From positions 11,654 through 75,653 of the forward strand of contig CACAAB010000001.1 of assembly GCA_902530325.1 (NCBI GenBank): a DNA stretch of 64,000 nucleotides. Reading direction: 5' to 3'. The translations under genes and the position numbers were made by a program. Position 1 is the stretch's first letter, and every line of letters starts with the position of its first letter. Origin of the DNA: an uncultured SAR116 cluster alpha proteobacterium. GTDB lineage: Bacteria; Pseudomonadota; Alphaproteobacteria; Puniceispirillales; Marisalimonadaceae. Shown piece by piece: positions 21,808-31,261 of this stretch. The notes under the pieces were generated by a model. The model made no database searches. It was given only the letters and a program-made list of their open reading frames with translations, and had not been told where the DNA came from.

Positions 21808-22569
21808 CTACCAGTCTTTTCCTGCTGTCCATCCCCCATCTACGATTAAATTTGTCCCAGTACAAAAACTTGCTTCGTCACTTGCAAGATATAAAACTGC
21901 ACTAGAAATTTCATTAGGTTCTCCCCAACGTTTCATCGCGTGCAAGTTCCTTACTTTTTGAGAAGCTTCTTCATCTTGAAAATATCTTTCTGTTAATGGA
22001 GTTCTAATAACACCTGGTCCAATAGCATTTACTCTAATATCATACTTTGCTAGATCTACTGCTAGTTGCTTAGTTATTCCGGCAGTAGCATGTTTAGAGG
22101 CAGTATAAGCACACCTATTAGGCGCAGAAGTTACGCTTAAAGTCGAAGAAGTAATTACAATATTACCCTTTATTTTTTTTTCGATGCAGTGTTTTGCAAA
22201 TGTTTGTGCAGTTATAAAAACCCCAGTAACATTTATATCAATAACCTTTCTCCATTCTTCAATAGACAATTCTAATGGAGACACAATCTCCCTTATTCCG
22301 GCATTACAAAATGCAATATCTAAGCTTCCAAAATGTTCATATGCATTTTTCATGTTTTCAATAGTTTCATTTTGATTTGTTACATCTAATTTAAATGGCT
22401 CAGCATTACCACCTGCAGATTTTATTTCTTTAGCCACCCTGCTAGCCATATCAAAATCTAAATCTGAAACAGCTACATTTGCACCTTCTTTTGCAAAACT
22501 TAAACCTGTTTGACGACCAATTCCACCTGCTGCTCCAGTAATAAACACAGTTTTGTTTGTAAATCTCAT
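21808..22569 (-). CDS. Short-chain dehydrogenase/reductase
   Basis: 'TGAAGGIG', 'CNAGI', 'YTASK', 'VNAIGPG', 'VDGG'. Confidence 0.93.
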   Translation of the reverse strand: MRFTNKTVFITGAAGGIGRQTGLSFAKEGANVAVSDLDFDMASRVAKEIKSAGGNAEPFKLDVTNQNETIENMKNAYEHFGSLDIAFCNAGIREIVSPLELSIEEWRKVIDINVTGVFITAQTFAKHCIEKKIKGNIVITSSTLSVTSAPNRCAYTASKHATAGITKQLAVDLAKYDIRVNAIGPGVIRTPLTERYFQDEEASQKVRNLHAMKRWGEPNEISSAVLYLASDEASFCTGTNLIVDGGWTAGKDW

Positions 22570-22646
22570 TGAAAAATCCCCCTGTTAATGCAAAGTTTAT
22601 TTGAATTAGCCTTTTTGACAACATTAATCTTTATTGGAGTAATCGA

Positions 22647-23033
22647 TTGGAAATAGAACATTTAGTATTTGAAAATGGACCTAAAAGAGTTGGCCCCTTT
22701 AGTCATGCTGTTAAAGCTGGTGAATTTATTTTTATTACTGGACAAATGCCAACATTGCCAGAAAATCCTGACGTACTAGTAAGTAATGATGTTGAAAAAC
22801 AAACACATCAAGTTATGAAAAATCTAATTAGTGTTTTAGATAATTGTGGCTCTTCTCTCGAGAGAGTAACTTTCGTAAGAGTGTATTTGGTTAATTTTCA
22901 AGACTTTGACAAAGTCAATAAAATTTATAAATCCTATTTCAATGAAAACAAACTTCCTGCTAGAACATGTATTGGTGTAACTGGACTTGCTGTAGGTGCT
23001 TCAGTTGAGATTGATCTAGTAGCAAAAGTTTAA
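22647..23033 (+). CDS. RidA/YjgF family enamine-imine deaminase
   Basis: 'GPFSHAV', 'TGQMP', catalytic Arg in 'PARTCIGV', 'VEID'. Confidence 0.9.
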   Translation: MEIEHLVFENGPKRVGPFSHAVKAGEFIFITGQMPTLPENPDVLVSNDVEKQTHQVMKNLISVLDNCGSSLERVTFVRVYLVNFQDFDKVNKIYKSYFNENKLPARTCIGVTGLAVGASVEIDLVAKV

Positions 23034-23044
23034 ATAAGAAAAAT

Positions 23045-23770
23045 TTGTCTATGAAAAGAAAATATAGCCCTTTTAAAAAAGGTATTTTTACTGGCTTTGG
23101 TTTCCCTGGGATAGGAATGAGCTCAGCAATGTTTGGATATGGTGTTTTTGCTGCTGAAGCTGGACTAGATCTATATCTATGTTTAGGTTCAGTTTTAATT
23201 TTATGGAGCATGCCTGGTATGGTTATTTTTGTGTCTCTTTTTTCAATAGGCACACCAATCTTCTTGCTATTTACTACTGTTTTGTTAGCTAACATGAGAC
23301 AATTTTTTTTAGTCTTATCTGGCCTTACATTAATGAATATTCACAAACATAAATTATCTTTTATTACAAAATTATTTTGGGCTCACCTCATTAGTCCAAC
23401 TGGTTGGGCTGAGTTAACCAAAGTAAAAAATGAAATAGACGAAAAAGATTTATTTAAATTTTTTCAGGGTCTTAGTTTGGCATTGGTAATATTTAATTCA
23501 ACTACAACAATTATTGGTTACAAATTATATGATTTTTTACCTAATGATATTGTTTCTATTCCTGTATTTATAATGCCATTATATTTAACCATCTTAATGC
23601 TTAGAGCTATTGAAATTTATTACAGATTAGCAGTTGTTACTGGAGGGATTATCGGGCCCCTTTTGTTTCCATATATTGGTGATTGGAGTTTGATTGTTGC
23701 AGGATTAGTTGGCGGTTCCGTTGGCTTAATGGTCAGTTATATTTTGAATAAGGATAAAGTTAATGTATGA
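23045..23770 (+). CDS. AzlC family branched-chain amino acid exporter permease
   Basis: 'FGYGVFAAEAG', 'WSMPG', 'LANMR', multiple TM segments; paired with an AzlD-like gene. Confidence 0.75.
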   Translation: MSMKRKYSPFKKGIFTGFGFPGIGMSSAMFGYGVFAAEAGLDLYLCLGSVLILWSMPGMVIFVSLFSIGTPIFLLFTTVLLANMRQFFLVLSGLTLMNIHKHKLSFITKLFWAHLISPTGWAELTKVKNEIDEKDLFKFFQGLSLALVIFNSTTTIIGYKLYDFLPNDIVSIPVFIMPLYLTILMLRAIEIYYRLAVVTGGIIGPLLFPYIGDWSLIVAGLVGGSVGLMVSYILNKDKVNV

Positions 23771-24119
23771 GAATTCAATAATTATACCTGAAATAATGCC
23801 TTGGATAATGCTTTTAGTCGCTAGTTCAGGTATTTTTGTTTGGAGATTTTTAGGAGTAATTTTATCTAGTAAAATACAAAAAGATAGTTTTTTTGCAAAA
23901 TGGATCAATGCTATTGCATTTGCTATGACGACGGCTTTAATGACTAGGATCATAATTTTCCCAACAGGAGCGTTGGCCGAAACTGAATTGATTGAAAGAA
24001 TAGTACCTTTTTTAATTGGTATAATTATATTTTTATTTTTTCCAAAAAAACCAATTTTTGGTTTAACAATAGGAGTGCTCTTCTTTACCTTTGGAATATT
24101 TATATCTAAGATATTTTAA
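23763..24119 (+). CDS. AzlD family protein
   Basis: 'WRFLGV.LS.KI', 'IIFPTGAL', 4 TM segments; overlaps the azlC stop. Confidence 0.72.
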   Translation: MYENSIIIPEIMPWIMLLVASSGIFVWRFLGVILSSKIQKDSFFAKWINAIAFAMTTALMTRIIIFPTGALAETELIERIVPFLIGIIIFLFFPKKPIFGLTIGVLFFTFGIFISKIF

Positions 24120-25288
24120 TCTTCAGACACAAGTTGCTTAGCTATTATCAATTTTTGAAGCTCGTTAGTTCCCTCACCAATAGCCAACAAAGGAGCATCC
24201 CTATAATATCTTTCAATGTTATACTCCGGTGAATACCCAAATCCGCCATGAATTCTCATTGCTTCTATAGAGTTAAACAACGCCGTTTCAGTGGCAAAAA
24301 GCTTTGCCATTCCAGCTTGTAAATCTGATCTATTACCAGAATCATATGCCTTTGCAGCTTGTTCAGTTAATAATCTAGAAGCTTCAAGTTTCGTTGCCAT
24401 CTCAGCTAATTTAATTTGAATTGCTTGGTGTTCACTTATTGGTTTTCCAAATGTCTTCCTTATTTTTGCATATTCTATTGAATCTTCGAGAGAGGCTCTA
24501 GCCACACCGACGCCACGTGCAGCTACATTAATTCTTCCTAATTCAAGGCCTGCCAAAATTTGTTTGAGCCCTTTTCCTTCTATTTCACCAATCAAGTTAG
24601 AAGTTGGTACTTTTACATTTTCAAGTTGAACTTCTCCTGTATCAATTCCCCTATAACCCAATTTTTTGAGTTTTCTTGATACAAATCCATCTTTCTTTTC
24701 AACAAGAATTAAACTCATACCTTTATGAGCTGGTGTTATATCTGGGTCAGTTTTTACTAAAACAGCTAAAATAGTTCCTTGAACTGAGTTAGTAATCCAT
24801 GTTTTTGTACCATCAATAATATATTCATTCCCAACTTTTTTTGCTTTGGTTTTTATTGACTGAAGGTCAGTACCACAATCTGGTTCCGTCAGTGCTATAC
24901 CGCCTCTTATTTCTCCAGTTGCAAACTTAGGAAGATAATATCTCTTCATCTCTTCAGTGGCAAATCTTTCTACAGCAGCACACATTATAAGATGAGAATT
25001 AAATATACCAGAAACTGACATCCACACGGCAGACACATTTTCTACTATTTTTGAGTAAGTAACTGCTGACAAACCTAAACCACCATACTCAGGAGAAATT
25101 GTAGCGCCAAAGAGACCTAAATCTGCCATTTTATCAGCAATATCTTGTGGATATTTATCTTGTGACTCAAATTCTTTTACATAAGGCTTAACGTCTTTTT
25201 CTAAGAATTTATTTACAGTTTCTATTATTAAATTATCTTCAGAGTCTGATTTTTCATTTTCAACTTCAATTATTTTATGTTCATTCAT
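24116..25288 (-). CDS. Acyl-CoA dehydrogenase (methylsuccinyl-CoA dehydrogenase-like by context)
   Basis: 'ALTEPDCGTD', 'GTKTWITN', 'LELGRINVAA', 'FGKPISEHQ', 'IGEGTNELQ'. Confidence 0.9.
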   Translation of the reverse strand: MNEHKIIEVENEKSDSEDNLIIETVNKFLEKDVKPYVKEFESQDKYPQDIADKMADLGLFGATISPEYGGLGLSAVTYSKIVENVSAVWMSVSGIFNSHLIMCAAVERFATEEMKRYYLPKFATGEIRGGIALTEPDCGTDLQSIKTKAKKVGNEYIIDGTKTWITNSVQGTILAVLVKTDPDITPAHKGMSLILVEKKDGFVSRKLKKLGYRGIDTGEVQLENVKVPTSNLIGEIEGKGLKQILAGLELGRINVAARGVGVARASLEDSIEYAKIRKTFGKPISEHQAIQIKLAEMATKLEASRLLTEQAAKAYDSGNRSDLQAGMAKLFATETALFNSIEAMRIHGGFGYSPEYNIERYYRDAPLLAIGEGTNELQKLIIAKQLVSED

Positions 25289-25309
25289 TAATATCTCCTA
25301 AAACAATTA

Positions 25310-26692
25310 TTATAGATCTATCTGACTATACTCAAATATTGAATTGACATTATTTGCTTGATCAATTTTAAGCATTAAATCTGTCAACTGGTTAACTCTT
25401 TTATTTGATAAATATGGTTCTGTTAAACCTTTAAACTTTGATATAAATTCTTCGTCTTTCATAAAGTTTTCTGGTTCTCCTTTTGGAATCTTTACAAACT
25501 TTTCGTAAGTCTTTCCTTTTACCACCATTTTTACCTTTGCACTCATAAATTCTGGACAGCACTTCTCAGCATCTTTATCAGGATTTACTTTTATTTTGTT
25601 ACATAATGCAAGTGTTTCATTATTGTTTAAATGATCTTTATAATCATCCCACTTTAATCCACCACTTTTGGCCGCAACGGCTGCACAAAAAGGCATTGAA
25701 AATTGCCCATCAACAATACTTTTTGGATTTTGTTTATCCTCTAATGGATATCCAATAATGTTCAGTGCTGTTTCGGACAGACCAATATCAATATCATCTA
25801 AATCATCAATAGAGAAATCCAATTCTTTTTTTAGATCTATTATCCCATCAATTGCTGCATGACTATATCTACAAGAAGGATACGGTTTTACTCCCAAGTT
25901 TAGTGTTTCAAATTTATTTCCTAAACCGTCTAATGCTTTTTTTGTATCTCCTCCTGAAGCATATGCATGTAAATAACCCCACTGACCCTCAAAAGCTTGA
26001 GAAGGACCTTTGAACCCTTCAGCCGCCATTGTCGCACAATTTAGACCGTTCTGTGCTGCTTGTCCTACATGCGATCTTTTTGTCCAAGCACCATCTGTTA
26101 AAAATTGCATAGATCCAGCTGATTGACTTAGGGCTATTCCAAATGCAGAAACAAACTGATCTTTGGTCAAGCCCATAAGATAGCCAGCTGAAGCTACGGC
26201 ACCAAACACACCACATGTAGCAGTTGGATGAAATCCTTTTTTATAATGTGCTGACGAGCCTCCAGCTAATCCTAGTCTTATTTGTATTTCATAGCCAGCA
26301 ACACATGCTGTTATTAACTCTTGTCCTGATGATTTGTTCATTTGTGCTGCAGCCAAGGCGGCAGAAAGTATTGGGGCACTGGAATGTAAAGAAGCTTCTG
26401 CATGAGTGTCATCAAAATCAAGAGAATGAGCTAAAGTTCCATTAAGTAGAGCTGCTGCACTTGGAGAGTAACTATTTTTATCTGAAAAAACTTGGCAACT
26501 TCCATTACTCATTTCTAATCTATCGATTGCTGCGACTAAACTAGCAGTTGATTCTGCATCATGTCTTGCTCGTATTATTATTCCAACAGTATCAAGAATT
26601 AACAATTTTGTTCTTTTTACAACGTCTGGAGATAAATTTTCGTATCTAATTTCAGCACAAAACTCAGCGAACTTTTCGGTCATATTTTCCAT
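25310..26692 (-). CDS. MmgE/PrpD family protein (paralog 1)
   Basis: 'AHSLDFDDTH....HSS', 'GFHPT', 'WTKRSHVG', 'KPYPSCRYSH', 'PKGEPEN'. Confidence 0.9.
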   Translation of the reverse strand: MENMTEKFAEFCAEIRYENLSPDVVKRTKLLILDTVGIIIRARHDAESTASLVAAIDRLEMSNGSCQVFSDKNSYSPSAAALLNGTLAHSLDFDDTHAEASLHSSAPILSAALAAAQMNKSSGQELITACVAGYEIQIRLGLAGGSSAHYKKGFHPTATCGVFGAVASAGYLMGLTKDQFVSAFGIALSQSAGSMQFLTDGAWTKRSHVGQAAQNGLNCATMAAEGFKGPSQAFEGQWGYLHAYASGGDTKKALDGLGNKFETLNLGVKPYPSCRYSHAAIDGIIDLKKELDFSIDDLDDIDIGLSETALNIIGYPLEDKQNPKSIVDGQFSMPFCAAVAAKSGGLKWDDYKDHLNNNETLALCNKIKVNPDKDAEKCCPEFMSAKVKMVVKGKTYEKFVKIPKGEPENFMKDEEFISKFKGLTEPYLSNKRVNQLTDLMLKIDQANNVNSIFEYSQIDL

Positions 26693-26797
26693 TTATTTCT
26701 CCCCAAAATATATTGAAAAGGTTAAACTAAAATTTCATTTTACAAAACTAAAAAATAATCATTAAGATATCTTATTAAAATCAAATGAGAAAACACC

Positions 26798-28072
26798 ATG
26801 ACAAATCCTTATGAATTAACTGCAACTGATGCAATTAAACTAATTCGTAACAATAAATTATCAAGGTATGAGTGGGTACAAAGTTGCTTCGAAAGAATTC
26901 GTGAAAAAGAAGATCTTGTAAAAGCTTGGGTGTACTTGGATGAAGAAAGAGCTCTGGAAAAAGCCAAGCAGCTAGATAATGAAAATAATGTATCACAGCT
27001 TGGAATTCCATTCGGAATTAAAGATATTATTGATGCAAGTAATACACCCACTGGATTTGGAACTAATTTTTATCAAAATAATGTCCCTATGAGAGATGCT
27101 GCTTCAGTAGCTGTTGCAAAACAATCAGGATGTATTTTTATTGGCAAAACTGTATCTACTGAATTAGGACATAGAGCTCCTGGATTAACAACAAACCCAC
27201 ATAATAAAGATTTTACACCTGGTGGCTCAAGTTCTGGATCAGCTGCCGCTGTAGCATCTATGATGGCACCAGTTTGTTTTGGCACTCAAACAACTGGATC
27301 GGTAATAAGGCCTGCCGCTTACTGTGGAGTTATTGGATATAAACCATCCTATGGTGATTTTGATAAATCAGGCATTCTACCCAACTCTCCATCAATTGAC
27401 ACTTTAGGACTGATGTCTAGGTCAGTAGATGATATTGCACTTTTTCGATCAATCCTTCTCGAAGAAGAATTAGTTTCAATAAAAAAAGTAGATTTAAGTA
27501 AAATTAAAATTGGATTTGTTAGGACACCTCACTGGGAAAAAACTGATGATTCTACAAAGGAAGCTTTTGAACATTTTGTTAATTCACTTCGTTCAAACAA
27601 ATTAAATGTAATAGATTTAGAAATTGACAAACTAATTTCAAAATCTGATACACTACATTTAGATATCAGTGGATATGAATTTAAAAGATCAATATCTCAT
27701 GAAAGATTTAATTATTATGAGCAATTAAGTGACCAATTGAGGAATGGCAGACTTAATGATGGATATCAAGTTAGTAATAAAAATTACCAATTAGCTCTAA
27801 AAGAATTGTCAATTTTAAAAAATCAAATTGATACTGTATTTGAAGAAACTGACTTAATAATTACACCTAGCGCCCCTGGAGAAGCACTAAGAGGATTAGA
27901 ATATACAGGATCACCGATATTTAATACAACTTGGTCTCTAAACGGAAATCCATGTATTACCCTACCCCTATTTAAGGGTAAACAAGAATTACCAATTGGA
28001 TGCCAACTTGTTGCCAGATTTGGAGAAGACGATCAACTTTTAAATTATGCAAAAGGCTTCTTAGAACTTTAA
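26798..28072 (+). CDS. Amidase signature family protein
   Basis: 'GIPFGIKD', 'GKTVSTE', 'TPGGSSSGSAAAVA', 'GTQTTGSVIRPAAYCG'. Confidence 0.9.
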   Translation: MTNPYELTATDAIKLIRNNKLSRYEWVQSCFERIREKEDLVKAWVYLDEERALEKAKQLDNENNVSQLGIPFGIKDIIDASNTPTGFGTNFYQNNVPMRDAASVAVAKQSGCIFIGKTVSTELGHRAPGLTTNPHNKDFTPGGSSSGSAAAVASMMAPVCFGTQTTGSVIRPAAYCGVIGYKPSYGDFDKSGILPNSPSIDTLGLMSRSVDDIALFRSILLEEELVSIKKVDLSKIKIGFVRTPHWEKTDDSTKEAFEHFVNSLRSNKLNVIDLEIDKLISKSDTLHLDISGYEFKRSISHERFNYYEQLSDQLRNGRLNDGYQVSNKNYQLALKELSILKNQIDTVFEETDLIITPSAPGEALRGLEYTGSPIFNTTWSLNGNPCITLPLFKGKQELPIGCQLVARFGEDDQLLNYAKGFLEL

Positions 28073-29352
28073 TTAAAGTGAGATTCAACTAATAGTTCTG
28101 GAAGTGTAAGTGCTAAAGCTGGAAATAGAAGCACTATGATTAATACAACTGTGTCAGAAATACAGAAAGGAAATGATCCTTTTATAACGGTTGTAACTGG
28201 TAAGCCAGTTACTCCACTAACCGCAAACAAATTTAAACCAACGGGTGGGATAACACTTCCTATTTCTATGCATAATGCTGTTAAAATTCCTAAATGAATA
28301 GGATCTACACCAAGAGCCAAAGCAACAGGGAAATATATAGGTACTGTTAAGACTAAAATTGCTACACCTGTTAGAAACATGGATAAGAACAATAACGATC
28401 CCATAAGTGCAAATAAAAATCCTGTTTTACTCAGACCCAATTCACCAGCCCATTCAGCAATCATTTGAGGCCAACCCATATTTGCAAGATAAAATTGGAA
28501 GATTCCAACACAACCCAATAGAAAAAACACAACTGCAGTTAGGTTCATAGTTCTTAGAGTTGTTGGCATTAATTCTTTCGCAAATGTTTTTCTTTTAAAG
28601 ATTAATCCATAAAAAAGGGCATAACTAGCAGCGGCAGCACCTGCTTCAGTAGGAGTGAATAAACCTCCATATAAACCACCTAATATAATTACAGGCATTA
28701 ACAAAGCAGGTAGAGCTTCTTTAAAACACCTCCAAACTTCACATAAATCAAATTTTCCTCGAGGTAATTTAATAAAAAGAGATACACTAACAATTATAAC
28801 TGCATCACTCATAGCCAACATCAATCCAGGAATTATACCTGCGAAAAACAAATCAACTATCGACATTTCTGTTATGACACCAAACAGAATCAAAGTTATA
28901 CTTGGTGGAATAAGAAGTGCTATTCCACCTGCGGAGGCAATAACTCCTGCTGCCATCCATTTTGGATAACCTCTTTTAATTAATTCTGGATAAGCTATAA
29001 CACTCATTGCAGCAGCCATTGCTGTGGATGAACCAGAAATTGCTCCAAATAAAACAGCTGCAAGCAATGTTGCATAAGCAAAGCCACCTGGAACCCATCC
29101 TACTATTGAGTCAGCAAATTTAAAAAGACTTGCAACTAAACCAGTTTTTTCCATTAAAAAACCAGCAAAAATAAAAAATGGAATAGCTACTAATGTATAT
29201 TTAGTAAGAAAACTAAAAAAAGCTTCAAATAAGGTGCTATATGTTAAAAAATCGTCAAACAGTACAAGAAGGCCTGTAGCACCAGCAAGAGCTATACCTA
29301 TTGGGGCACCAGCAAATAATAGACTAAATAAAGATCCTCCTAAAGCCCACAT
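28069..29352 (-). CDS. dctM: TRAP transporter large permease
   Basis: 'AIPFFIFAG', 'FGAISGSS', 'LIPPS', 'FTPTEA', 'PPVGLNLF'. Confidence 0.93.
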   Translation of the reverse strand: MWALGGSLFSLLFAGAPIGIALAGATGLLVLFDDFLTYSTLFEAFFSFLTKYTLVAIPFFIFAGFLMEKTGLVASLFKFADSIVGWVPGGFAYATLLAAVLFGAISGSSTAMAAAMSVIAYPELIKRGYPKWMAAGVIASAGGIALLIPPSITLILFGVITEMSIVDLFFAGIIPGLMLAMSDAVIIVSVSLFIKLPRGKFDLCEVWRCFKEALPALLMPVIILGGLYGGLFTPTEAGAAAASYALFYGLIFKRKTFAKELMPTTLRTMNLTAVVFFLLGCVGIFQFYLANMGWPQMIAEWAGELGLSKTGFLFALMGSLLFLSMFLTGVAILVLTVPIYFPVALALGVDPIHLGILTALCIEIGSVIPPVGLNLFAVSGVTGLPVTTVIKGSFPFCISDTVVLIIVLLFPALALTLPELLVESHFN

Positions 29353-29376
29353 TATACATTTCCTGTATTATTAGAA

Positions 29377-29928
29377 TTAAACATCAGTAGCAGCTTCAAC
29401 TTCTGCAGTAAAATGGTCACCCTTTATATAACTATGTATATCTTCAATAAATTGAAGAAAGGCTACTAAAGACATTAATCCCATACCCAGAGCCAATATA
29501 AAATAAAAAGGCCACATAAAGAAAAATAAACTCTCAGTTCTTTCACCAATTTGTATTGAATATTCAACCGTTGAATACGCAGTATATGTTAAAGAACCAG
29601 TGAATACAGAAACAAAGAGAGAAACAAAAATTTTACAAAAACCCACTGTTCTGTGAAAACCTTTTGTATTTAAAAGTTGCAAGACAGCACTCATTACAAG
29701 ATGATTCCTATTGATCTGTGTAACGCAAATGTAAAAGGCAACTGAAGAAACCATCATGTAAATAACAGCATCTTGGCCCCATTCAAAAACAACACCAAAA
29801 ATATACCTTCTAATAATTTCAGCTAACGCAAAGAGTGTGACGGCTATCATTAGGAATGCAGAACACCTTCCTAAAATAGCAGTGATGGAAGACTGAATTT
29901 TGTTTGAAATTTTGTAAAAATTATCCAT
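29377..29928 (-). CDS. dctQ: TRAP transporter small permease
   Basis: 4 TM segments, 'IIRRYIFG', 'HL' motif, located between dctP and dctM. Confidence 0.85.
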   Translation of the reverse strand: MDNFYKISNKIQSSITAILGRCSAFLMIAVTLFALAEIIRRYIFGVVFEWGQDAVIYMMVSSVAFYICVTQINRNHLVMSAVLQLLNTKGFHRTVGFCKIFVSLFVSVFTGSLTYTAYSTVEYSIQIGERTESLFFFMWPFYFILALGMGLMSLVAFLQFIEDIHSYIKGDHFTAEVEAATDV

Positions 29929-29943
29929 GATAATCAACTAAAT

Positions 29944-29975
29944 AAAAAAGGCCTGACATAAGTCAGGCCTTTTTA
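29944..29975. terminator. Rho-independent hairpin between dctP and dctQ
   Basis: AAAAAGGCCTGAC-ATAA-GTCAGGCCTTTTT, a perfect 13-bp stem with U-tracts on both strands. Confidence 0.88.
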
Positions 29976-29982
29976 GATTTAT

Positions 29983-31152
29983 TTATTTTCTTGACTTTTT
30001 CTTGTATAAGGCTGTTCCTTTTGCAAATTTAGCAAAGTCGGAAGCAAACGCTGTACAATCAGTCTTTTCTAGAGCACTTGATCCCATTGGATTAGCTGCA
30101 ACTAAAGCTTTTGCTTCAGCAGTGAACTGGTCAACCATTTTGTCTCCAGTTGCATCAACTTTGGACTTAATCCAGTTATTAGTTGCACCACCTTCTTTTG
30201 CTTGAAGAACTCCAGCTTCTTCAGGGCTCATCACATAAATTCCAGGTGCACTTTTATCAGTTACTTTAAACTTATCAACTAATCTTTTATCATTACAAAA
30301 GTTAATAGCCTTTTGATAAGGAATAAAATCATTCATAATAATATCAGTTAGAGCTGCCTGTTGTTTTTTATCAAGAGTTGCCCACCATTTATTTGATGCA
30401 CCAATCCAGTAGTAATCACCAACAATACCATTAATTCCAGCAACTGTGAAATATGGAGCTTGTTCTTTGGTAGCATTAAATCCACCTAAACTTGTTAGCA
30501 GTCCATCAATAACACCTGTTTGAAGAGCAGGTGGAACATCACCAAAAGCCATTGTAGTAGGGTTTGCACCTAAGGCTCCTAACAATGCATTTTCAGCAGG
30601 TCCCATACTTCTAACCTTCTTACCGGCAAAGTCAGCAGGAACTAACATTCTACTTTTAACAGCACCAGCACCCATGTACATACTTAGATGTCCAGAACCA
30701 AAAATAGTTATCCCGTGCTTGTCATTAAAAACTTTCTTTAATTGAGCAAAAGTTTTTGTTCCATCAAGGCCATTGATAGCACCAGGTGATGTTAATTTTC
30801 CAGCACCAACAATAGTATTAGCATATGGCTCAACACTCGAAGTTTTACCAAATTGACCAGTCATCATCTCAAGATTACCTTTTGTAAGAGCTTGAGTTCC
30901 TTTTGGAACGTTATAAAGTGACTTAGCCCAATAAATCTGAACTTTACTTCCAGGAATTTTCTTCTCAACCTGCTCTGCAAAAAACATTTCTGCAATAGCT
31001 GCAGGATGTGGCGGACCAGAATGGTCAGAAGCCCAACGCATCTTAATAGGTTTTACAGCATGACCATCAGCTAAAGCTAAATTGGTTCCTGCTGCAAAAG
31101 TTAGAGCAACTGCGCTAGCTGCACCTAACAGTGATAGTTTGTTTAATTTCAT
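29983..31152 (-). CDS. dctP: TRAP transporter solute-binding protein
   Basis: Signal peptide, 'DFAGKKVRSMG' (carboxylate-binding Arg position), 'FGDVPPALQTGVIDG'; GGAGG RBS. Confidence 0.88.
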   Translation of the reverse strand: MKLNKLSLLGAASAVALTFAAGTNLALADGHAVKPIKMRWASDHSGPPHPAAIAEMFFAEQVEKKIPGSKVQIYWAKSLYNVPKGTQALTKGNLEMMTGQFGKTSSVEPYANTIVGAGKLTSPGAINGLDGTKTFAQLKKVFNDKHGITIFGSGHLSMYMGAGAVKSRMLVPADFAGKKVRSMGPAENALLGALGANPTTMAFGDVPPALQTGVIDGLLTSLGGFNATKEQAPYFTVAGINGIVGDYYWIGASNKWWATLDKKQQAALTDIIMNDFIPYQKAINFCNDKRLVDKFKVTDKSAPGIYVMSPEEAGVLQAKEGGATNNWIKSKVDATGDKMVDQFTAEAKALVAANPMGSSALEKTDCTAFASDFAKFAKGTALYKKKSRK

Positions 31153-31261
31153 TAAATTTCCTCCAAATATTTAGAATCACAACCTATAACGATATGCTTT
31201 TCAGGTAAACCCTTAATTGCAATAAAACCAATTAATTAGTTAATATGTTATATAATTCTGT

